Part shown: piece after piece, positions 1-6,086 of the stretch
Layout of the letters: every line of letters begins with the position of its first letter
Numbering within the stretch: the stretch's first letter is position 1
Origin: a virus
Taxonomy: Duplodnaviria; Caudoviricetes
IMG/VR virus record: IMGVR_UViG_3300007640_005613
Span: 1 to 31,580 of that record
Length of the DNA stretch: 31,580 nt
Reading direction: 5' to 3' (one strand)
Notes under the pieces: generated by a model
Told to the model about the DNA's origin: nothing
Database searches by the model: none
What the model saw: the letters and a program-made list of their open reading frames with translations, nothing else
Program-made: the position numbers and the translations under genes

Positions 1-25
1 GCCTTAGAATTGTCTCATGCTCTGT

Positions 26-60
26 AGCCTAACCCTATCAACCCGGGTTATGCTAGGCTA
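26..60. repeat. Imperfect inverted repeat / hairpin with an AACCCGGGTT palindrome
   Basis: TAGCCTA (26-32) and TAGGCTA (54-60) are reverse complements and enclose the perfect palindrome AACCCGGGTT (40-49). Confidence 0.55.
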
Positions 61-73
61 TAAAATTCTATAA

Positions 74-110
74 TATTACATTAGACATTACATTACATTA
101 TACATTACAA
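74..110. repeat. Short tandem (A)CATTA repeats
   Basis: tattacattagacattacattacattatacattacaa contains five CATTA copies. Confidence 0.7.
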
Positions 111-352
111 CCATTCTGTAATTCTTTTCGTAATTATGCAAAATATAGCCTATTTAACGCGTTTAGATTAGATTATAGCACAGTGTACTATTGTATCATG
201 CTATTTTGGTTATAGTGCCTTTTTTACGCTATTTTGGACTATATCAGTGTGGTAGTTGCCTAGTGATTTTAGGGTTATCACCGATACAATGCCAATGATT
301 TTATATTACTATGATTGTAATATGTGTGATTAATAGTTAGAATTAAGTTAGA

Positions 353-380
353 TTGACGTGTGTTATATGTTTGTTACAAT
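353..380 (+). promoter_or_regulatory. Sigma70-type promoter, extended -10
   Basis: TTGACG (353-358), 16-nt spacer, TG-t-TACAAT (-10 at 375-380). Confidence 0.5.
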
Positions 381-516
381 CTGCATTACTATTAATATAT
401 TATATTACGAACCCCTTAGTGAAGTTGTGGCATGCTCGGGCAGATAGGTCGTAGCATTTTTGGGTCTATTATGTACTACCGCCTCCCCCCTTTTCATATT
501 AAGTTTACTGGGATGC

Positions 517-650
517 TTTTTTGACAAAAAATTTTGATTTTTGACACTTTTGGTTGAAAACTCTTATAGTATTTTTGACCAAAAGTGACAATTTTCAGTC
601 TAAATCACCAGTTTTGACATTTTTATGTAGGTTGCCGATGTTGTCAATTT
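517..650. repeat. Cluster of TTTTGAC direct repeats (iteron/operator-like); includes a TTGACA-18-TATAGT promoter candidate
   Basis: TTTTGAC recurs at about 519, 539, 573 and 612, each flanked by A/T tracts. An inverted TGTCAA lies at about 642. TTGACA 541-546 pairs with TATAGT 565-570. Confidence 0.55.
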
Positions 651-661
651 CATATTCGTAC

Positions 662-690
662 TAGACAAGTATGCGTAAAAATGGTAATAT
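662..690 (+). promoter_or_regulatory. Sigma70-type early promoter
   Basis: TAGACA (662-667), 17 nt, TG-g-TAATAT (685-690), just upstream of SD GGAGGT (705-710). Confidence 0.55.
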
Positions 691-715
691 TAAGTATATG
701 GAACGGAGGTGTTCA

Positions 716-946
716 TTGGTTCAGCATGACAAGGTGTTTTCGCTTATTTCATTGTATGATGAGCAAGATGCACGGGATGTGTTGCGCTCGTATACGGTGA
801 CGCTAAATAAGGCGTTGGTACAATATGATAGTTGTGAGGTAGGGTATTTGTCTAAAGACACACATGAGATGATTACACATCGTTTTAAGGGGGCGGACGG
901 CTTGTTTTTTATTCATTTGCTGTTGCCTGTTGGTATAGGTACATGA
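716..946 (+). CDS. Hypothetical early protein
   Basis: ORF 671..946. Start reassigned to TTG 716, which follows SD GGAGGT (705-710); ATG 671 lies inside the promoter. ATGA overlap with the next gene. Confidence 0.65.
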   Translation: MVQHDKVFSLISLYDEQDARDVLRSYTVTLNKALVQYDSCEVGYLSKDTHEMITHRFKGADGLFFIHLLLPVGIGT

Positions 947-1161
947 TCAATCGTGATATTGTAGCGGGTATCGAGGTGTTTGCTCAGTGTGATGATGGGG
1001 TATGGCGGGGTGCTTACCTCTTACCAGTTGATGGTAGTGAGGTTGTTGTCTGTACTGATGAGTTTGATAATGAGGGTATGGCGCGTCGTAATGCGTTAAA
1101 TCATGGGATTACGGCGTTGTTGTCTCATATATTAAAGGAGATGGTGCATAGGGATGGTTAA
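943..1161 (+). CDS. Hypothetical protein
   Basis: 72-aa ORF translationally coupled to both neighbours. Confidence 0.7.
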   Translation: MINRDIVAGIEVFAQCDDGVWRGAYLLPVDGSEVVVCTDEFDNEGMARRNALNHGITALLSHILKEMVHRDG

Positions 1162-1549
1162 ACGGCAGTTTGTACACGATACGCGGGAGATTAATCCGCA
1201 TACAGGGTTGCCTAAGCATGTGTATTACTACCCGACGAAGCGTAGTGCGTTACGGGGTAGCTTTCAGATGAACGGGAAGAAGTACAATACACCTGCTGTG
1301 TACTATGATGATAACGGGGTCACGTTAGAGGACGCTTGTGATGAGGTAGTCAGTATGTTAACGGCTATCAAGGATGAGCTGGGGTATGACCAGTGGCTTA
1401 AAGAAGAGGGGTATCTTAAAGAGAGTAGAAAGAGGTCGCAAGATGAGTGGTATGCTACACACGATGGCAAAGACGACTGGGCAGACCTGTCCAGCATGGA
1501 AGATGTACGCTACACTTCAAGTGGGAGACGGATTACCCACATTGACTGA
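1154..1549 (+). CDS. Hypothetical protein, possible AP2-like DNA-binding domain
   Basis: 131 aa with SD upstream. TGLPKHVYY...RGSFQMNGKKY resembles the AP2-type domains found on phage HNH proteins (weak match). Confidence 0.65.
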   Translation: MVKRQFVHDTREINPHTGLPKHVYYYPTKRSALRGSFQMNGKKYNTPAVYYDDNGVTLEDACDEVVSMLTAIKDELGYDQWLKEEGYLKESRKRSQDEWYATHDGKDDWADLSSMEDVRYTSSGRRITHID

Positions 1550-1565
1550 GGATGGGGTTCAGGGT

Positions 1566-1892
1566 ATGCCTACCCTCATTGAGGGCTTAACGACATTTGA
1601 GTTAAATCGTGATAATGTTGTTCGTATGGTCGCTCGTCAGATTGAAGCATTTAAGCGTGAGAGCATCAGTCTATTTGGCTACACTGACGATGACTTTATG
1701 GGAGAGGTCGCTGTGATGTGGGATGTGTTGTCGCCTACGGACTCGCGGGCGTTGACATCGTTGCAAGATGGTAAGCGTTTGGCAGTGGCTACGGTGTATG
1801 GGTCATACGAGGATACCAGTTGGGTGACAACACTGTATTTGACTAAGGGCACGGCGCAACCTATGCACCAAGTGTATATACAGGTGTACTAG
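1566..1892 (+). CDS. Hypothetical protein
   Basis: ORF 1374..1892. Likely start is ATG 1566 after a purine-rich SD; the upstream part overlaps the previous gene. Confidence 0.7.
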   Translation: MPTLIEGLTTFELNRDNVVRMVARQIEAFKRESISLFGYTDDDFMGEVAVMWDVLSPTDSRALTSLQDGKRLAVATVYGSYEDTSWVTTLYLTKGTAQPMHQVYIQVY

Positions 1893-2183
1893 ATGTTTAA
1901 GATGTATATCTTTCCCATAATCATGTACATACTTGTGTCTGCGGTGACGCTGGCGGTTAATGTTATCCTCGCTGTGATGTGTTCGGCGGTGTTCTTCGGT
2001 GCGTTCGCTGTAATCGTGGGCGCATTTACAGGGTCATACACCACATCGGTCGATTTTATCATGTATTGTATTCGGCTTGTGGTGATTGGCATCAGCTTTG
2101 GGTCACTCGCAACGTCGTGGGTACGTTTTCCTACATATTTGAGTAAGTACCAGCAATCGCTGGAGAAAAAGGGGGGTAAGTAA
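1893..2183 (+). CDS. Small membrane protein (2-3 TM helices)
   Basis: 96 aa with long hydrophobic stretches and a basic C-terminal tail. Abuts both neighbours (TAG-ATG, TAATG). Confidence 0.7.
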   Translation: MFKMYIFPIIMYILVSAVTLAVNVILAVMCSAVFFGAFAVIVGAFTGSYTTSVDFIMYCIRLVVIGISFGSLATSWVRFPTYLSKYQQSLEKKGGK

Positions 2184-2605
2184 TGGAGCTTAGTAAAGCG
2201 CAACGTAAGGTGATGAACGAGTTAAAGGTGGGGTCACTACCCGTAAGTGAGGTACACCCGTCTACATTAGAAGCACTCAAGCGACTAGAGTTGGTGGATG
2301 TACGTGATGATGAGGTATATGCAGTAGACCAGACGGCACAACCTGCCCCATCACAGGATGATATGATGGTAGAGAACATTATCGTACTAGGTGTTGAGGT
2401 TAGTGTCAACACGTCTGATGGTATGGTGACACTACCTAAAGGGTCAGAGCATCCGATTGTGTCGTATACTGAGGAAAAAACACCTCGTATGCTGTTGAAG
2501 TGGTTTACGTGCTTACATGTGCCGTCAGGCGCATATTTTGTGGTAAACAGTATTGCCAGTTCGTCAAAGATTGTTGAACCACGTCCGCTTAGCAGTTTTA
2601 AGTAA
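2183..2605 (+). CDS. Hypothetical protein with a wHTH-like N-terminus
   Basis: LSKAQRKVMNEL...STLEALKRLELV pattern; TAATG coupling to the previous gene. Confidence 0.7.
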   Translation: MELSKAQRKVMNELKVGSLPVSEVHPSTLEALKRLELVDVRDDEVYAVDQTAQPAPSQDDMMVENIIVLGVEVSVNTSDGMVTLPKGSEHPIVSYTEEKTPRMLLKWFTCLHVPSGAYFVVNSIASSSKIVEPRPLSSFK

Positions 2606-2611
2606 GGTGTT

Positions 2612-2635
2612 GGGTGGGGGCAACCGCCCCCTTTT
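2612..2635 (+). terminator. Rho-independent terminator candidate
   Basis: GC-rich hairpin GGGTGGGGGCAACCGCCCCC followed by TTTT, right after the stop at 2605. Confidence 0.55.
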
Positions 2636-2646
2636 AAGGAGTAATT

Positions 2647-2997
2647 ATGGCTACGGGAGCAAGTAAGGCGATGTTTAGTAGCATGTTGACGTATTATATT
2701 GAGAACGTGAACATGTACTTGCAAGATGATGAGATTAAGTTGCTGTTGTATATCGCAAAGCGGTGTTTTAACGACCCTGTTGCGGACGATGGGGGTGGTT
2801 ATCGGGCACGTATTCACTATGCCGATATGGCACAAGCTACAGGGCTAGATATGGCAGTGGTGTATTTTGCGATGGAACAACTGACGATGTACGATATTGT
2901 GATTGTTTTAGACCAACCGACTGAAGACGGGTCGCTGTATGGTATCGGTGCATCACCTAATATTGAGGATTTACGTAGACGACTAGGAGCTAGTTAA
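2647..2997 (+). CDS. Winged-helix DNA-binding protein (resembles a phage replication-initiator N-terminal domain)
   Basis: SD AAGGAG. EIKLLLYIAKR...IHYADMAQATGLDMAVVYFAMEQL is an HTH signature. Confidence 0.65.
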   Translation: MATGASKAMFSSMLTYYIENVNMYLQDDEIKLLLYIAKRCFNDPVADDGGGYRARIHYADMAQATGLDMAVVYFAMEQLTMYDIVIVLDQPTEDGSLYGIGASPNIEDLRRRLGAS

Positions 2998-3000
2998 CCC

Positions 3001-3504
3001 ATGATAGACTTGTACCCATCAACGCTTAATGATAGAGAACGTAAGTTGCTACATTACCTGTATACGCATCCTATGGCAGGTATTAAGGAGATTACTGATG
3101 CTACTGATACGACGTTACGTGTGCATACAGGGGCGGTTCATAAGGTGTTAAAAGGACAACCACTTAAAACACGTAAGCGTATTAACATATTTACTCGGGC
3201 AGGCTACATTACGTTGCCGAAACTTGAGGATTTAGACGTGAACGTGTTAAATCCTGTACACCAGTTGATGTATAATGAGTTACAACAACAACCTGACATA
3301 AGCTATGCGGAGCTTGCGGACACATTAGGGTATGCTAAGGGGTATATGCGCGTAGAAATGTCGAAAATGTACGGTGTGTTTGGGTATCGTGTTGACCAGA
3401 CTAAAGGCTCACTTTTGGGATTACTTGGCTTTTATAGCCAGTATGGGTGGTTTGATAAAGACAGACTAGCTGAAGATGCGGAGATGGTGTATACTAAGGA
3501 ATAA
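3001..3504 (+). CDS. Tandem-HTH DNA-binding protein (paralog of 4338..4802)
   Basis: Two HTH-like units: LNDRERKLL...GIKEITDA and PDISYAELADTLGYAKGYMRVEMSKMY. Confidence 0.7.
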   Translation: MIDLYPSTLNDRERKLLHYLYTHPMAGIKEITDATDTTLRVHTGAVHKVLKGQPLKTRKRINIFTRAGYITLPKLEDLDVNVLNPVHQLMYNELQQQPDISYAELADTLGYAKGYMRVEMSKMYGVFGYRVDQTKGSLLGLLGFYSQYGWFDKDRLAEDAEMVYTKE

Positions 3505-3506
3505 AG

Positions 3507-4337
3507 ATGTCAAAATACACAATCGGTAGCTTGTTTAGTGGTATTGGTGGTATTGACATCGCATTTCAGTACGCTGGTTTTGACATCGCATGGCAAGTAG
3601 AGATAGATGAGTATTGCCAGCAAGTGCTGGCAAAGAACTTTCCATCAGTACAGCGTTATGATGACGTATGTACGGTACGAAACTTACCCCATGTTGATGT
3701 TATTACTGCAGGATTTCCATGCCAACCGTTTAGTATAGCGGGTAAACAACTTGGCAGTGATGATGAGCGGTTTGTAATCCCTGATATGTTACGAGTTATA
3801 CAGGAGGTACGACCCAGTGTGGTTTTTCTCGAGAATGTACCGCATTTTGCAAAAATCAATGATGGGTACGAGTTTAAGCAATTGCTTAAATGGTTTGCCG
3901 AAAACGGGTACGATGCACAATGGCAACATATACGAGCTTCAGACGCAGGTGCGCCTCATAGACGAGAACGGTGGTTCTGCGTTGCGTACATTCCCAACTC
4001 CGACAGCAAGCGATGCAAAGAACACGGGGCAGGTGGGGAGTATATCTCATACTCACGACCTACAGAAGGGTCACTTGAGAGCTTACGTGAAGCTACGGGA
4101 GTATCCGTTTCATCATCTGAACCCAGATTGGACGGAGATGTTGATGGGCTACCCTATCGGTTGGACAGACATCAGTTCCCAGCAGGATTCGGACAAGGAC
4201 AGTTAGCCAGTGAGCCCCCAAGAGTAACTGAAACCATGCGTAATCATCGTAATAGGCTAATAGCATTGGGGAACGCGGTTGTTCCTCAAGTAATTTATCC
4301 GACAGCGTTATCTATCTTAGAGTATTTGGAGTCTTAA
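3507..4337 (+). CDS. DNA (cytosine-5)-methyltransferase, large (alpha) polypeptide
   Basis: Motif I SLFSGIGG, II VEID, IV AGFPCQPFS, VI FLENV, VIII PHRRERWF, X ALGNAVVPQV. No motif IX in this frame. Confidence 0.93.
   Translation: MSKYTIGSLFSGIGGIDIAFQYAGFDIAWQVEIDEYCQQVLAKNFPSVQRYDDVCTVRNLPHVDVITAGFPCQPFSIAGKQLGSDDERFVIPDMLRVIQEVRPSVVFLENVPHFAKINDGYEFKQLLKWFAENGYDAQWQHIRASDAGAPHRRERWFCVAYIPNSDSKRCKEHGAGGEYISYSRPTEGSLESLREATGVSVSSSEPRLDGDVDGLPYRLDRHQFPAGFGQGQLASEPPRVTETMRNHRNRLIALGNAVVPQVIYPTALSILEYLES
3817..4206 (+). CDS. Nested +1-frame ORF: putative small (beta) polypeptide of the C5 methyltransferase
   Basis: SD AGGAGGT (3802-3808) lies 8 nt before GTG 3817. Encodes FPTPTASD and motif-IX-like LNPDWTEMLMGYPIGWT. 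The true start could be a downstream ATG. Confidence 0.75.
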   Translation: MWFFSRMYRILQKSMMGTSLSNCLNGLPKTGTMHNGNIYELQTQVRLIDENGGSALRTFPTPTASDAKNTGQVGSISHTHDLQKGHLRAYVKLREYPFHHLNPDWTEMLMGYPIGWTDISSQQDSDKDS

Positions 4338-4802
4338 ATGCTATACAACAATGTGAAAGACCACTATCGCGACATCTTGAAAGACGTGTATCTTAATCCG
4401 TATGATTCAGTCCCTGACATTGCCAAGCGTAATTACACGTCAGAGTCAACAGTGAACATGGTATTTACAAGAGCATGGGGTTCAGCGTCTCGTAAAGATT
4501 GGTTACTTTCGTCTGGGTATATAACTATTCCTACTGAAGTTCTACAATATGAGTATAAACCTGTCACGAATATCATGCGGGCGTTTCAAGCGTCTCCTTT
4601 CGCAGGTATTGAGGAGATTTCTGCGTTTACAGGTTACTCTGTTGCGACAATTGGGCAAGCGGTGCTTAAAACCTACCGCTACTTCAATTTTAACAACAGT
4701 GCAGTACGATGCCCCCGACAGTTCCAACGCATCGCATTTTACGAGTTTTTGGGGTGGTTTGGTCGTAATCGTTTAGCTAAAGATGCTATGGAGCAATACT
4801 AA
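4338..4802 (+). CDS. Tandem-HTH DNA-binding protein (paralog of 3001..3504)
   Basis: Shares GYIT(L/I)P and FY...GWF...RLA.DA with 3001..3504. HTH-like PFAGIEEISAFTGYSVATIGQAVLKTY. Confidence 0.7.
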   Translation: MLYNNVKDHYRDILKDVYLNPYDSVPDIAKRNYTSESTVNMVFTRAWGSASRKDWLLSSGYITIPTEVLQYEYKPVTNIMRAFQASPFAGIEEISAFTGYSVATIGQAVLKTYRYFNFNNSAVRCPRQFQRIAFYEFLGWFGRNRLAKDAMEQY

Positions 4803-4882
4803 TGGGTGACAAACCTATCTCAAAGTGGCATTTTAACGTGTTTAAACAGTTTGGTGCTGTAGTGTTAGACACAATAACCTAA
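4802..4882 (+). CDS. Possible 26-aa peptide MGDKPISKWHFNVFKQFGAVVLDTIT
   Basis: TAATG stop/start overlap with the upstream gene and GGAG at 4790-4793. Ends just before the next promoter. Confidence 0.35.
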   Translation: MGDKPISKWHFNVFKQFGAVVLDTIT

Positions 4883-4889
4883 TTTTCAC

Positions 4890-4930
4890 TTGCCATTTGC
4901 TGTACTATTTGATATACTGATAGTACAGCA
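4890..4930 (+). promoter_or_regulatory. Sigma70 promoter overlapped by an 11-bp perfect inverted repeat (operator-like)
   Basis: TTGCCA (4890-4895), 17 nt, TG-a-TATACT (4913-4918). TGCTGTACTAT (4898-4908) and ATAGTACAGCA (4920-4930) bracket the -10 box. Confidence 0.7.
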
Positions 4931-4936
4931 CATTAT

Positions 4937-5039
4937 GGGGTTGCCACACTGTGAGGTCTGCCGTCGGTGGCTGTTAACGCTCTGGGGAGGGATAGTTAAC
5001 GAAACTGGCGAAACACGGGAGCGTTGCCCGTCAACTCCA
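4937..5039 (+). ncRNA. tRNA-like RNA with alanine identity (resembles the tmRNA tRNA-like domain; no canonical anticodon arm)
   Basis: Acceptor stem GGGGTTG (4937-4943)/CAACTCC (5032-5038) with G3:U70 and discriminator A5039. T-arm ACGGG-AGCGTTG-CCCGT (5015-5031). Internal stems GCC/GGC and GTTAAC/GTTAAC. Promoter directly upstream. Confidence 0.65.
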
Positions 5040-5112
5040 CTGGGGATACACTACTAACCTCGTATCGCCCTCAACAAAAAGAGTAGACTAATATCCCCTA
5101 AATATATTTATT

Positions 5113-5151
5113 GACACTTAAATTTATTTTTAAGTGTCTTTATTATTTTTT
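5113..5151 (+). terminator. Rho-independent terminator candidate
   Basis: GACACTTAAA (5113-5122)/TTTAAGTGTC (5129-5138) 10-bp stem followed by a T-rich run. Confidence 0.55.
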
Positions 5152-5176
5152 GTCCATTAATATATAGGGGAACTAT

Positions 5177-6076
5177 ATGAGTAGACATATTGTCAGTTTT
5201 AGTACAGGTGTGCCTAGTGCAGTAACAGCATATTTAGTAACGCAACAACACCCTGATGCTATTGTTGTGTTTGCGGACACTCTCTGGGAAGATGATGATA
5301 ATTACCGTTTCTACAAAGACGTAGAGACTTTGTTAGGTAAACCTATTGTCTCGTTAACAGGTGGTCAAAATCCACTAGAAATAGCTAATAAAGAAGGGTA
5401 TTCTTACATACCTAACAGTAGAACGGCTACTTGTACACTAAAAGCTAAAATTAAGGTGTTACGTGAGTTTATGCAAGAAGGTGACACTTTATATTTAGGT
5501 ATGGATTTAAGTGACAAGAAAAAAGGTAGATTAGCCTCTCCTATTAAAAACTGGGGTAAAGTAGGCGTTAACATTCGGTATCCAATTATTGAGCAGAACA
5601 TACAAGATGTACAAGCATTTGCTAAAAGTTTAGGGCTTAATCCTCCTCGCATGTATAGCATGGGGTACAAACACGCTAACTGTGGTGGTCGCTGTGTTAA
5701 ACAGGGACGTGGAGATTGGATACGCACACTTGAAAACTTTCCTGAACGTTACCTCGAGGTTGAGACTTGGGAGTGGGAAAAAATTACACTTCAAGCAGTA
5801 CGAGTATTTTTCCAAATGTACATTGCTATGTTGCACCCGATGAATATTGCTTGGGTCAAAATTCCTAGCATGTACTCTTTGGTTAAACGGCAGATTAACA
5901 AGCAAAAAGTTATTGCGCCTTTGCGCTATCTACGTTTAGAATATTTAGCGGGTGAAATAAAATCTAACCGATTGCTAGATATGATGGATGAGTTAGATGG
6001 TTACGGTTGTACTGTAGAATGTGGTTCAGGGAATGAATTGGAGTTGAGCTTGGCTTTCGACGATATAACTAATTAG
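5177..6076 (+). CDS. PAPS-reductase-like / adenine-nucleotide alpha-hydrolase (PP-loop) family protein
   Basis: N-terminal VSFSTGVPSA PP-loop, FADTLWED, CTLKAK, and Cys motifs HANCGGRCVK and CTVECG. SD AGGGG. Confidence 0.8.
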   Translation: MSRHIVSFSTGVPSAVTAYLVTQQHPDAIVVFADTLWEDDDNYRFYKDVETLLGKPIVSLTGGQNPLEIANKEGYSYIPNSRTATCTLKAKIKVLREFMQEGDTLYLGMDLSDKKKGRLASPIKNWGKVGVNIRYPIIEQNIQDVQAFAKSLGLNPPRMYSMGYKHANCGGRCVKQGRGDWIRTLENFPERYLEVETWEWEKITLQAVRVFFQMYIAMLHPMNIAWVKIPSMYSLVKRQINKQKVIAPLRYLRLEYLAGEIKSNRLLDMMDELDGYGCTVECGSGNELELSLAFDDITN

Positions 6077-6086
6077 GACATCATCT

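Noticed and set aside
74-650. CRISPR array
   Set aside because: The repeats are only 5-7 nt and irregularly spaced, with no 25-40-nt repeat/spacer pattern.
671-715. Longer 5' starts in the ORF track (671; likewise 1374, 9711, 11789, 15631, 27898)
   Set aside because: They overlap promoters, hairpins or upstream genes, or lack an SD; the downstream starts have better SD spacing or coupling.
4937-5039. Canonical tRNA-Ala, full tmRNA, or attP remnant
   Set aside because: There is no 5-bp/7-nt anticodon arm, and the element is far too short for tmRNA with no tag ORF. Both acceptor strands are present with a promoter and no integrase is visible, so it is not simply an att fragment.
5111-5140. 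Promoter at TTGACA 5111-5116
   Set aside because: No -10 box at 16-18 nt spacing; the hexamer overlaps the terminator-like hairpin.
5177-6076. Dnd/Ssp phosphorothioation system
   Set aside because: No DndB/D/E, SspB/C or cysteine desulfurase neighbours.
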